In this document: positions 14,493 to 27,688 of the stretch, one piece after another | Numbering within the stretch: position 1 is the first letter of the stretch | Layout of the letters: each line of letters starts with the position of its first letter | Origin: Anaeramoeba ignava BMAN | Lineage: Eukaryota; Protista; Anaeramoebae | Direction: 5' to 3' | Length of the DNA stretch: 64,000 nucleotides | NCBI GenBank assembly: GCA_028826165.1 | Contig: JAPDFW010000033.1 | Span: forward strand, 682,001-746,000 | The notes under the pieces: model-generated | Database searches by the model: none | What the model saw: only the letters and a program-made list of their open reading frames with translations | Told to the model about the DNA's origin: nothing | Program-made: the position numbers and the translations under genes

Positions 14493-15670
14493 TCAATCAG
14501 AAAATTTTTGAACTAATTCAACACAAATTTTTAAAGCATTTTCCAATCCTTCTGTTTTAATTAAATTTAAGAAATTTGGTTCAAAATCTTGAATTATATT
14601 TTTTTTATCAATTTTACGAACTAAAAAAAATTAAAAAATTAAAAACTTAGAAATTAAAAATGAAAAATGAAAAATTTAATCACCTTTTTCAATAAATATT
14701 GGTATGATTTTATATTCTTTAGTCATTCTTCCAAAACAATTAAAACGAGCAATCCAATAAAAATGGAAACCAAAAGGTGAAGAATTAGATTGAACAGAAA
14801 ATTGGGAAGGATTATCAAAAGAAAAAATAAGATTATCACTTGCAAATTGAGAAATTTTTTCAAAAAGAGCGTTTCTTTTCAAATCAAATCTGGAAAGCAA
14901 ACTCAATCCATTCAGGAAAATATCAACAGATTTTCTTTTTAAAGAAACATCGATTAAATTTTCTATTTCTTCATCTTTTTTTTCGATAAAATGATTCACT
15001 TGTTGATTTTCATTGAAATCATCATTCATTTCTTTTCTTTCAATTTGGAATTTAATTTGATTGATTTCTTGCTTTTCTTGGTTATATGAATATAAAATGT
15101 TCCAAAAATAATTGCCAGCAATTCCATGAACAAAATAATTAGATCCCAAATTTTCAATTTGCATTTGATCAGAAAAATCACTTTGAAAATTATTTTCCAA
15201 ATTATTTTCCTTAATGATTTTGATTTCAATTCCTTTTGGTAAAGCTAATTGATTTAATTGGTCAAAATCTGAAGAAATCCTTAAAAAATCTGTTTTCTTT
15301 TGAAAAAAATCATGTTTTTCCTTTTGAATTCTTTTTAAATCGGAAATTAAATGATTTGAATAATTTGAACTCCAAAAATTATCTTCAAATGATAATTCAG
15401 TTTTTAAAGATTTAATTGAATTTTCCAATTCAGAAATTTCGTTAAAAATTTCATTTAATATTTTATCTAAATTGTCTTCTGATGAAAGATTTGAATCTAA
15501 TTCTTTTGAAATTTGATTTATTTTTTCTAATTCATTTGGCTAATTAAAAATTAAAAAATTAAAAATTAAAAATTAAAAAATAAAAATTAAAAAATTAAAT
15601 AAACCATTTCTTTTTCAACTTTTTTAAGGTTTTCTGTTGAAATTTTTGCTTTTTTTTCTATTGAATTCAT
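14493..15670 (-). CDS. Putative CENP-P (Ctf19)-like inner kinetochore protein, 3 exons
   Basis: N-terminal coiled coil. The C-terminal part (RKSVDIFLNGL...KRNALF, FYWIARFNCFGR, IDKKNIIQDFEPNFLNLIKTEGLENALKICV) resembles my recollection of the CENP-P double-RWD C-terminus. Confidence 0.5.
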
Positions 15671-15824
15671 TTCAAAAAAAATGAAAAAAATGAAAAAAAA
15701 TGAATTTAAATTTTTGGTTTTTTTAATTTCAAAAAAAGAAAACAAAAAAATAAAAAGAAAAGGAGATTGATTTTGATTAAAAAAAAAAGAAGAATTTCAA
15801 ATGGAAATCCATTCAAACTTCAAA

Positions 15825-16607
15825 CTAAATAAAATTAAAATTAATTTGGAAATTAATTTGGAAATTGATTTGGAAATTTAAATTAAAATTGATTTGGAAA
15901 TTAATTTGGAAATTGAAATTGAAATTTAAATTGATTTGGAAATTAAAATTGATTTGGAAATTGAAATTGAAATTGAAATTAAAATTGAAATTAAAATTGA
16001 AATTAAAATTGATTTGGAAATTGAAATTGAAATTTAAATTAAAATTGAAATTAAAATTGATTTGGAAATTGAAATTAAAATTGATTTGGAAATTGATTTG
16101 GAAATTGATTTTGAAATTGATTTGGAAATTGATTTGGAAATTGATTTTGAAATTGATTTGGAAATTGATTTGGAAATTGAAATTAAAATTAAAATTAATT
16201 TGGAAATTTAAATTAAAATTGATTTGGAAATTAAAATTAAAATTGAAATTGAAATTGAAATTGAAATTGAAATTGAAATTAAAATTGAAATTAAAATTGA
16301 AATTAAAATTGAAATTAAAATTAAAATTGATTTGGAAATTGAAATTGAAATTGATTTGGAAATTAAAATTAAAATTAAAATTGATTTGGAAATTGATTTG
16401 GAAATTGATTTGGAAATTGATTTGGAAATTGATTTGGAAATTTAAATTAAAATTGATTTGGAAATTAAAATTTAAATTAAAATTGATTTGGAAATTAAAA
16501 TTGAAATTAATTTTGAAATTGATTTGGAAATTGATTTGGAAATTTAAATTAAAATTGAAATTAATTTGGAAATTGATTTTGAAATTGATTTGGAAATTGA
16601 AATTGAA
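15825..16607. repeat. Intergenic composite repeat of GATTTGGAAATT and GAAATT/AAAATT hexamers
   Basis: Directly visible. It generates low-complexity spurious ORFs on both strands. Confidence 0.9.
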
Positions 16608-16645
16608 TGATCCCAAAACAAAACCAATCTAAAAGAAAAAGAAGA

Positions 16646-18263
16646 TCAACGATTAACATAAGGGATAATAATAGAAATAATAGAGCAAATAACGAGTATA
16701 GTAGCCATTAAAAAGAAGAGTTTTTCTTTAGAAAAAAAAGAAGCGAAAAAAATCCCGATTGAAGTACCAATCATAGAAAAGAGAATTGAAACCAACATAT
16801 AAGGGTACATAAGGGACCAATCAACAAGATCGAAACCGATATAAAAAAAGAAACCCAAACCAGTTAAAGTTGCACTGAGTAAATTTCCGTTAATAACGCC
16901 ACTTATTGTTGGCAATTTAAATGCTGTCATAATTATAACTGAAAATATTAATCCAACTCCAAATCCTATAAATCCTCCTATCATCCCCCATGGAAATATT
17001 AATAAAATCACAATAAAATGCCGAAGAAATTCCATAAAATATCGATACTTTTTTGATGGTTTTTTGTTCCTTATTAATCCTTCATTAAGGCTGTTTTGAT
17101 CAAATATTTGATTTTGTTGTCGTGTTTCATCTGATGTTATTTGATCATCATTTTCATCATTTTTGGAAACTTTTTTAATTAATAAAAATATTTAATAATA
17201 TTTTTAATATTTTTAATATTTTTAATATTTTTTATAATATTTTTAATATTTTTAATATTTAATAATATTTCTAATATTTTTAATATTTTTAATAATATTT
17301 AATATTTTTAATAATATTTTTAATAATATTTTTAATATTTTTAATATTTAATAATATTTTTAATATTTAATATTTTTAATAATATTTTTAATAATATTTA
17401 ATAATATTTTTAATATTTAATAATATTTCTAATATTTAATAATATTTAATAATATTTAATAATATTTTTAATATTTAATATTTTTAATATTTAATAATAT
17501 TTTTAATATTTTTAATATTTAATATTATTTTAAATATTTAATTGAATTTACAACTTAATTCATATTTAATTTTATATTCATTTTTTGGATCATCTAGTGA
17601 ATCATTTTTAATTTCATTCTTAGATTCATCTTTAGATTCATTTTTATTTTCTTGATCCAAATTTGAATCAGAATCTGATTCAAGATTCAAATAATCATTT
17701 TGATGGTCAATAGACAAGACAGCAAGATCATTATCTTGATGAGATTGGTCAGAATTAATAGCAGTAAGCCTCAAAGGGGTAAGATTTGAAGTATTTTTAG
17801 GATGAAGTCTAACATAACGAGCGCGAAAAGCCTTATAAAAAAAAGCAGCAGCAAAAACAAGCATGAAATAACCGATTCCACCTTCCAAAAATGATGTATA
17901 ACTTTTCAAGTAGTCTTTTGCAAGAAAAAGCCCGAGCAAAGTGGCGCCAATAATAACAGGAATGAACCTTAATGCGGGGCCAAGACGCAAGTCAATTTGT
18001 TCGATATTTTTGTTATTGAGTTCTTTTGCTCTTCTGTTTTTTCTTTTTATAAAAATCATTAACATTGTAAAAGAATATAATGAATCAATAAAATCCATAA
18101 AAAACGATAGAAACACTGAATTAAAAACCCCTAACTGCCATCCTAAAAAGCATAACGGAACTACAATCCCCCATGCTGTAATTCCTATAATTGCTGTTCC
18201 TATTCCGATTATTATGTCTAACGGCGCAAATATTAATACAAATAATCCAAATTTTGATACCAT
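16646..18263 (-). CDS. TauE/SafE (TSUP)-like membrane transporter, 2 exons (intron ~17170-17550)
   Basis: Two hydrophobic halves, each opening with a Gly-rich helix (GTAIIGITAWGIVVP and GGFIGFGVGLIF), separated by an acidic loop. Confidence 0.55.
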
Positions 18264-18593
18264 TTTTTTTTCTTTTGTTTTTGGATCGTTTTTTTTTCTT
18301 AGTTTTTTTTTCTTGGTTTTTGTTTTTGTTTTGTTTTGTTTTGTTTTGTTTTGAAATTTTCTAATTTTTTGCTTTTTTTTTTGTGTTGTAAATAAATTTA
18401 TATTTTTTTAAATACAAAAAAAAAAATTTAAAAAAAAAATAAAATGGAAAAAAAAAATGAAAAAAAAAATGAAAAAAAAAATTTAAAAAAAAAATTTGAA
18501 ATTCTGGCAAAAATTAAATAAAAAATTAATAAGAAAATTAATTAAAAAATTAATTAGAAAAATGATTTGTTGTTAATTTTTTAATTTTAAATT

Positions 18594-20969
18594 TTAATTA
18601 AATAAAGGAAGTATTTGAGAATTATAAATTTCAAAAAATCTTTGACGTAAATTTTGAAGTTTAAATTTTCTTTGATTTTGATTTTGATTTTGATTTTGAA
18701 TTTGATTTTGAATTTGATTTTGATTTTGATTTTGAATTTGATTTTCAATTTGATTTTGATTTTGATTTTGATTTTGATTTTGATTTTGATTTTGATTTTG
18801 ATTTTGATTTTGATTTTGATTTTGATTTTGATTTTGATTTTCAATTAAATTTCCACTTAAATTTCTTTCTAATTGTTTTGCAAAATTATCCTCATCATTT
18901 CCTTTTGTAACTTTCTTAACTTTTGTTTTCGTTTCAAATTTCTTCAAAATAATTTGATTTCCAAAATTATTATTAACAAATTTACTAGTTTTTTGTTTAT
19001 GAATTTTCAAGAAAAAAACAGGATTTTGATTACTCTTCAAATTATATTCTTTCCATTTATCTTGAAAAAAATCAACAGAATAATTTTTTGTTTCAATAAA
19101 AGCAAGCATATAAAAGCAAAAATAAAAAATTGGTTGGTGACGACGAAGTCTATCATTCAAAAGATGGTAAAATAATAACCAATCATAAGCAACTGTCAAA
19201 AATAAAAATTCATCAATTGATAAATTTTGATGAATAATTCCATCTGCCCATAAAGAGCATCTCAAAAGACTCACAAACAAAGGAGTGCGGTCATAACCCG
19301 AGATGCAATGAATCAAAACGCCTGAGAAATCCTGGGGATCTGTTGTCATAATCATGAGGATTTGCAAATAAATCTTGGTCAAATTAATAATATCCCATTT
19401 TTTATAATTTTCTAACTTTATTTTTTTTTTGTGAATCATATTGAACATGCCTTCAATTTTTGGCGACAATTGAAATATAGCATCATTACATTCTTTATCC
19501 CAATCAAATTTTAAATTGATTCCTGAATAATTTTTTCTATAAAAATTAGTAAAAAATTCCACCCCAGGATAAGGACATGAATTAATTTCAAATTCTGAAT
19601 ATCGATCATAAGAATCGATTTTTTCTGACGAACTAACATTGATTCTATATTTATTCTTCTTGTTTTCTACCATCAAATCAAATATATATTTTACTCCAAA
19701 TTCCTTTAATAATTCAATATCATGATTTCTTGCTTCTCCTGATTTACTATCTTTTTTTTTTGCAATTATATTTAATTTGGAAAAATCAATCCGTGAAAAG
19801 ATTGCAAATCGATTTTGTGTTTGATCGTTAATAAATGTATTTGATTCTCTGTTTGGTTCTGAAATGGGTTCATTATCGAATTTTTCATTTTGATTTTTAT
19901 GATTTTTTTGATTTTTATTTTTTTTTGATTGTAAATTTTCTTTTTTTTTGAAACTTTGAATCATTATTTCTTGAAGAATTTCTTGATTTTCCAAGTTTAA
20001 ATTTGATAAATCTAGAATTTGTTGGTTTTGATTTTGATTTTGATTTTGATTTTGATTTTGATTTTCATTTTCATTTTCATTTTTTAAATGATTTTGATTT
20101 TGATTTTGATTTTGATTTTGATTTTGAATTTCATTTTGATTTTGATTTTGATTTTGATTTTGATTTTGATTTTGATTTTGATTTTCATTTTGATTTTGAT
20201 TTTGATTTTGATTTTGAATTTCATTTTGATTTTGATTTTGAATTTCATTTTCATTTTCATTTTCATTTTCATTTTCATTTTCATTTTCATTTTCATTTTC
20301 ATTTTCATTTTCATTTTGATTTTCTTCAATATTATCAATATAGTTATTTTTGAAATTCCAAAAAATATTTCCAATTTCATTTTCTTTTTTATTATAATAA
20401 TGACTAAGATGAACTTCTGAAATAGAATGATGCATAATTTCTGAGGAATCATTTTCAACAACATTAAGTTCTGGTGATTTATTTCTTGTGACTAAATGAT
20501 TAAGCATATCTTGATTATTTCTAAAAAAAATTTCTAATTCATTTGATAAAGTTCCAGAACGACAAATAAATTTGTTATTAAATTGAATGATTGGCCAAGG
20601 AAATCTTGTTCTTGACCTTGAAAATCTTGATTTACTTATTATTTTCTTAATTTTTTGTAATTGATTTTTTTTTGAATGATTATTTTTTGAATGATTATTT
20701 TTTGAAATTCATTTTTAATTCATTTTTAATTCATTTTTTTTTAATTCATTTTTTTTAAATTCATTTTTTTTATTGAATAAAATTAGTGAAAGAGGATAAG
20801 AATTGCAAAAAATTTCTTCTTGATTATCAATTAGTAAAAAATCTATATCTTTTGCAAAAAGTAATTCAACCTGTTTTTGAATTTTTTTAAGTTTTTTTGT
20901 TATAATTCTGTTACAAGATTTAATGTTTAATGCAAAATATTTAAAAAGTTCTTTTAATTCTTTTTCCAT
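18594..20969 (-). CDS. MTMR14: Myotubularin-related protein 14-like PI3P phosphatase (frameshift or short intron near 20700)
   Basis: Catalytic loop VLIHCISGYDRTPLF, RSRTRFPWPII...ICRSGTL, DLMVENKK, SSSEK.D, PYPGVEFF, AYDWLLF.H.L.DR. Confidence 0.85.
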
Positions 20970-21259
20970 TTTTGTTTTAAATAAAAAAATTAAATTAAAA
21001 AATAAAAAAATGAAAAATTCAAATTGAAAAATTAATTTTTTTTCCTTTTTTCTTCTTTTTTATTTTTATTTTTATTATCCTCTTTTTAAAATTTAAATTT
21101 AAAATTAAAAAATATTTTGTCAAAATAAACAAAACTGTCTTATTTTTTTTTTAATTAAAAAATAAATATAAAAGAAAATCATTTTTTAGATCAAAATCAT
21201 TTTTTTTTTCAAATTTTTTCCTAATTATTTTTCTTTTTTGATTTTTAAGTTTAATTATT

Positions 21260-23360
21260 ATGACAACTGAATCAATTAAAAGAAAACAAAAAGATGTTAT
21301 GAGATTGTAAATTTTTAAAATTAAAAAACAAAAATTAAAACAAAAATTAAACAAAAATTAAACAAAAATTAAACAGGATAAAAAATGGATTCAAATTAGA
21401 ATTTGAAACAGAATCTGATATTTCAACATTTTATGTAAATTTAACAGGACCAAAAGAAAGTAAAGCATTTTAAATAAAAAAAATTATCATTTTTAATTAT
21501 AAATTTTTATTATAAATTTTAATTTTAAATTTTTATTTTAAATTTTTATTTTTCTAAAAAAAAAGGTCCATATGAAAAAGGAACTTGGAAAGTTAGAGTA
21601 CATCTTCCTGATTCTTATCCTTATAAATCTCCATCTATTGGATTTTTGAATAAAATTTTCCATCCAAATATTGATTTTCAGTAAGTTATTAATTTAAAAA
21701 TTAATCAAAAAAAAAAAAACACTTAATAAATTCAAAATTTAAAAAAATTTTTAGATCAGGAAGTGTTTGTTTAAATGTTATTAATCAAGCTTGGTCTCCA
21801 ATGTTTGGTAAGAAAAAAATCTTAATTTAATATTGATTTAATTAAATATTGATTAAATATTGATTAAATATTGATTAAATATTGATTAAATATTGATTAA
21901 ATATTAATTTAATATTGATTAAATATTAATTTAATATTGATTAAATATTGATTAAATATTGATTAAATATTAATTAAATATTGATTTAATATTGATTAAA
22001 TATTGATTAAATATTGATTAAATATTGATTTAATATTGATTAAATATTGATTAAATATTGATTAAATATTGATTAAATATTAATATTGATTAAATATTGA
22101 TTAAAATATTGATTTAATATTGATTTAAATATTGATTAAATATTGATTAAATATTGATTAAATATTGATTAAATATTGATTTAATATTGATTAAATATTG
22201 ATTAAATATTAATTTAAATATTGATTAAATATTGATTAAATATTGAATAAATATTGAATAAATATTGAATAAATATTGAATAAATATTGATTAAATATTG
22301 ATTAAATATTGATTAAATATTGATTAAATATTGATTAAATATTGATTAAATATTGATTAAATATTGATTAAATATTGATTAAATATTGATTTAATATTGA
22401 TTTAAATATTGATTAAATATTAATTGTGATTTAATATTGATTAAATATTGATTTAATATTGATTTAAATATTGATTTAATATTGATTAAAATATTGATTT
22501 AAATATTGATTAAATATTGATTAAATATTGATTAAATATTGATTAAATATTGATTAAATATTGATTTAATATTGATTAAATATTAAAATATTGATTAAAT
22601 ATTAATTAAATATTGATTTAATATTGATTTAAATATTGATTTAAATATTGATTTAATATTGATTAAATATTGATTTAATTTAATATTGATTTAATATTGA
22701 TTAAATATTAATTAAATATTAATTAAATATTGATTAAATATTGATTAAATATTGATTAAATATTGATTAAATATTGATTAAATATTGATTAAATATTGAT
22801 TAAATATTGATTAAATATTGATTAAATATTGATTAAATATTAATTAAATATTGATTAAATATTGATTTAATATTGATTAAATATTGATTTAATATTGATT
22901 AAATATTGATTTAATATTGATTAAATATTGATTAAATATTGATTTAATATTGATTTAAAAAATATTTATAAAGATTTGCAGAATATTTTCGATATTTTTT
23001 TACCTCAATTATTACTTTATCCAAATCCAAATGATCCTTTAAACCATGAAGCTGCAATTTTATTGAAAAAAAATCCAGAACAATATAACAGATTAGTTCA
23101 AGGTAAAAATAAATCAAATTTTATTTAATTAATTTCTTTATTAAAATTCTTTTTCAATTTTAGAAAATGTTCGAAAATTTGCAATTGTAATTATTGATAA
23201 AAAAAAAGAATTAGCAAAAGGAGAAAATACAAAATCAAATTTAAATGATGATGATTCTGATGATATTAGTGATATTAGTGATGTTAGTAATTTAAGTGAT
23301 TTAAGTGATTTAGATGATGATGATAACTTTTCAGATTCATTTTATGATTCTAAAAACTAA
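21260..23360 (+). CDS. UBE2H: Ubiquitin-conjugating enzyme E2, UBE2H/Ubc8 type, 6 exons
   Basis: Spliced [78 protein letters not shown], and an acidic tail. Absent from the ORF track. Confidence 0.92.
21825..22960. repeat. Intronic (AAATATTGATT)n 11-mer minisatellite
   Basis: Fills UBE2H intron 4. Confidence 0.95.
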
Positions 23361-23623
23361 ATTTTAATTTTAATTTTAATTTTGATTTTGATTTTAATTT
23401 TGATTTTGCTTTTTGCTTTTTTAAAGTCCACATTTTTTCTTTTAAAAAAAAAATAATAAACTAAATAAAGATTTGAATAAAAAAAATATTTGAAAAAATA
23501 TTAAAAGAAAAATGAGGTTTCATTTATTTTTGTTTTTATTGATTTTGATTTTTTTTTTTATTTTGATTTTTTTTTTAAAAGAAAAAGAAAGAGAATATAA
23601 TTTTTATTTTTATTATTTATTAT

Positions 23624-25137
23624 TTATTTCAATTTTGATTTAATTTGAGGATTTAATTTATCTTGAACTGGTGAATTTGGAGAAGAAAAAGAAGAAAAAT
23701 TTGGTTGTCTTTTTTTATAAAGTAAACTTGTTCTTGCTGAAGTTACTGAAGGAGTAAGAGGTCTAATTGTTTGATTTGGATGATTTGAAGGATTTAAAGG
23801 AGTAAAAGAATTGGGAGTATTTTCACTAAAATTTGTTGAATAAGGATTTTGTTGTGGATTAACTTCTTCAATTTGTGGAACTGATTTTTTAAATTCGGGA
23901 AAATTTTCGGAACTTTTTTTATTTTGTGAATATTTTTTCTTTTTTAAATTAAAAGGAATGTATCGATATTTAATCATGTGACTTATTTGATTTCTCATTG
24001 ACAAAACGAAAAGTAATAAAAAATAGATTAAAAGCATTGGCCAATATGCTGGAAAATCTAATGATGGAAAAAATGTGGAAATGATTGAAATGAAAATTGC
24101 ATAAAAAGTTTTTTCCCAAAATTTATATTCTGGTAATTTTCTCATAAATGGTTTGAATTCATCATTAGAATGAGTTGGAAGATTTATTTTGATTTCTTTT
24201 TCTTCGATTTCTAGTTCTAAATTTTAATTTTATAAATGAATTTTAATTTTAATTTTGAATTTTAATTTTAATTTTAATTTTGAATTTGATTTTGATTATA
24301 ATTTTAATTTTAATTATAATTTTAATTTTAATTTAAATTTTAATTTTGATTTTAATTTTAATTTTAATTTTAATTTTAATTTTAATTTTAATTTTAATTT
24401 TAATTTTAATTATAATTTTAATTTTAATTTTAATTTTAATTTTAATTATAATTTTAATTTTAATTTTTAATTTTAATTTTAATTTTAATATTAATTTTAA
24501 ATTTTAATAATTTTAATTTTAATTTTAATTTTAATTTTTAATTTTAATTTTTATAAATGAGTTTTTAATTTTAATTTTAATTTTAATTTTAATTTTAATT
24601 TTAATTTTAATTTTAATTTTAATTTTAATTATAATTTTAATTTTATAAATGAATTTTAATTTTAATTTTAATTTTAATTTTAATTTTAATTTTAATTTTA
24701 ATTTTAATTGCTCACCATTTGAATCTTCTTCATCTTGTTTAGCAATTTCAGGATCAACTTTAAATTAAATTGAAATAAATTAAATCGAAATTGAATTGAA
24801 ATTGAATTGAAATAAATTAAATTAAATTAAATTGAAATAAATTAAATTAAATTGAATTGAAATAAATTAAATTAAATTAAATTAAATTGAATTAAATTAA
24901 ATTAAATTAAATTAAATTAAATTAAATACTTTGAGGAGTAAGGAAACTGATAAAATAATTCAATAAAAAAACTCCAAGACAATAACTTATAACAAAAAAT
25001 TTTTCAAGATAAATAACTCGTATAAAAAATATTATGAATAAAATAGATGCAATAATCCAACGTAAAATTGTTAATGGAACAAATATATCTCGAATTCTTT
25101 GATATTTTCGTGTTATTTTTTGAAAAAAATTTTGCAT
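23624..25137 (-). CDS. RER1: RER1 Golgi-to-ER retrieval receptor, 3 exons
   Basis: SYCLGVFLLN.FI.FLTP, EFKPFMRKLPEYKFW, WPMLL.YF..LF..SMR.QI.HMIKYRY.PF. Confidence 0.92.
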
Positions 25138-25255
25138 TATTTTTGAAAGAAAATGAAAAAAAAAATGAAAAAAAAAAATTTAATAAAAAACATTTTTTCA
25201 TTTTTTTTCATTTTTTTTCATTTTTTTTAAATTAATTTTCTTTTATTTTTTTTTA

Positions 25256-27566
25256 ATGGAATTTCCATTTAAATTTCAATTTCAAATTCGTAGTTGGAAA
25301 TATTTTATTCAAAATTTTAAATTTCCTGAAAAAAAACAAATCAAAAAATCAATACAAAAAAATTTAGAATATTTTTTAGCAAATTATCTTATTATTATTT
25401 CAATTTTATTAATGATAGTTTTAATTTTACAACCTTTTGGATTCACAAGTTTATTTTTTCCTTCAATTTTTATATTTTATTTCTTTATTATAAATAAAGG
25501 AAACGAAATAATAATAGATGAAAAAAAAGCAATATTTCTTTGTATTTTAAGTAATTAAATTTATAATTAAATTTATAACAAAATTTATAATTAAATTTCT
25601 AATTAAATTTATAAACAAATTTATAATAAAATTTATAATTAAATTTATAATTAAATTTATAATTAAATTTATAATTAAATTTATAATAAAATTTATAATT
25701 AAATTTATAATTAAATTTATAATTAAATTTATAATTAAATTTATAATAAAATTTATAATTAAATTTATAATTAAATTTATAATTAAATTTATAATTAAAT
25801 TTATAATTAAATTTATAATTAAATTTATAATTAAAATTTATAATTAAATTTATAATTAAATTTATAATTAAATTTATAATTAAATTTATAATTAAATTTA
25901 TAATTAAAATTTATAATTAAATTTATAATTATGTTTATAATTAAATTTATAATAAAATTTATAATTAAATTTATAATTAAATTTATAATTAAATTTATAA
26001 TTAAATTTATAACAAAATTTATAATTAAATTTATAATTAAATTTATAATTAAATTTATAATTAAATTTATAATTAAATTTATAATTATATTTTATAATTA
26101 ATTTTATAATTATATTTATAATTAAATTTATAATTAAATTTATAATTAAATTTATAATTAAATTCATAATTAAATTTATAATTAAATTTATAATTAAATT
26201 TATAATTAAATTTATAATTATATTTATAATAAAATTTGTAATTAAATTTATAATTAAATTTATAATTATGTTTTATAATTAAATTTATAATTATGTTTAT
26301 AATTAAATTTATAATTAAATTTATAATTAAATTTATAATTAAAATTTATAATTAAATTTATAATTAAATTTATAATTAAATTTATAATTAAATTTATAAT
26401 TAAATTTATAATTAAATTTATAATTAAATTTATAATTAAATTTATAATTAATTTTATAATTAAATTTATAATTAAATTTATAATTAAATTTATAATTAAA
26501 TTTATAATTAAATTTATAATTAAATTTATAATTAAATTTATAATTAAATTTTATAATTAAATTTATAATTAAATTTATAATTAAATTTATAATTAAATTT
26601 ATATTAAATTTTATAATTAAATTTATAATTAAATTTATAATTAAATTTATAATTAAATTTATAATTAAATTTATAATTAAATTTATAATTAAATTTATAA
26701 TTAAATTTATAATTAAATTTATAATTAAATTTATAATTAAATTTATAATTAAATTTATAATTAAATTTATAACAAAATTTATAACAAAATTTATAATTAA
26801 ATTTATAATTAAATTTATAATTAAATTCATAATTAAATTCATAATTAAATTCATAATTAAATTTATAATTAAATTTATAATTAAATTTATAATTAAATTT
26901 ATAATTAAATTTATAATTATGTTTTATAATAAAATTTATAATTAAAATTTATAATTAAATTTATAATTAAATTTATAATAAAATTTTATAATTAAATTTA
27001 TAATAAAATTTATAATTAATTTCATAATTAAATTTATAATTAATTTTATAATTAAATTTATAATTAAATTTATAATAAAAATTTATAATTATATTTATAA
27101 TTAAATTTATAATTAAATTTATAATTAAATTTATAATTAAATTTATAACAAAATTTATAATTAAATTTATAATTAAATTTATAATTAAATTTATAATTAA
27201 ATTTATAATTAAATTTATAATTAAATTTATAATTAAATTTATAATTAAATTTATAATTAAATTTATAATTAAATTTATAATAAAATTTATAACAAAATTT
27301 ATAATTAAATTTATAATTAAATTTATAATTAAATTTATAATTAAATTTATAATTAAATTTATAATTATATTTATAATTAAATTTATAATTAAATTTATAA
27401 TTATCTTTTTTTAGTGTTTATTCCAATTTTGCAAATAATTAATCCAGTTATCTCCTTAAAAATTATTTTGGTTGCGATTACAATTATTGTTTTACATGCA
27501 CTTTTTCATTTACCTTTAAGAGATGATTTTGAAAATATTGAAGAAAATAAAGAAAATAAACAATAA
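25256..27566 (+). CDS. PRA1-family (prenylated Rab acceptor) membrane protein, 2 exons (intron ~25551-27414)
   Basis: RSWK.F, NLEYFLANY and, in exon 2, IIVLHALF, all typical PRA1 signatures. Confidence 0.8.
25553..27402. repeat. Intronic (AAATTTATAATT)n 12-mer minisatellite
   Basis: Fills the PRA1 intron. Confidence 0.95.
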
Positions 27567-27688
27567 AAATAAAAAGAAATAAAAGAAGAAAAACTTTTTC
27601 CGATTTTATTTTTTCATTTTTTCATTTTTCATTTTTCATTTTTTCATTTATTTTTATTATTATTATTTTTATTATTATTTTTATTCAA

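Noticed and set aside
15825-16632. Long ORFs on both strands (NFQI/KLIW repeats), and similar ILIL, KIKI, NYKF ORFs at 10087, 18654, 20003, 24255, 25904, 26339, 51910, 54363
   Set aside because: They are translations of stop-free microsatellites, or antisense/alternative frames of real genes.
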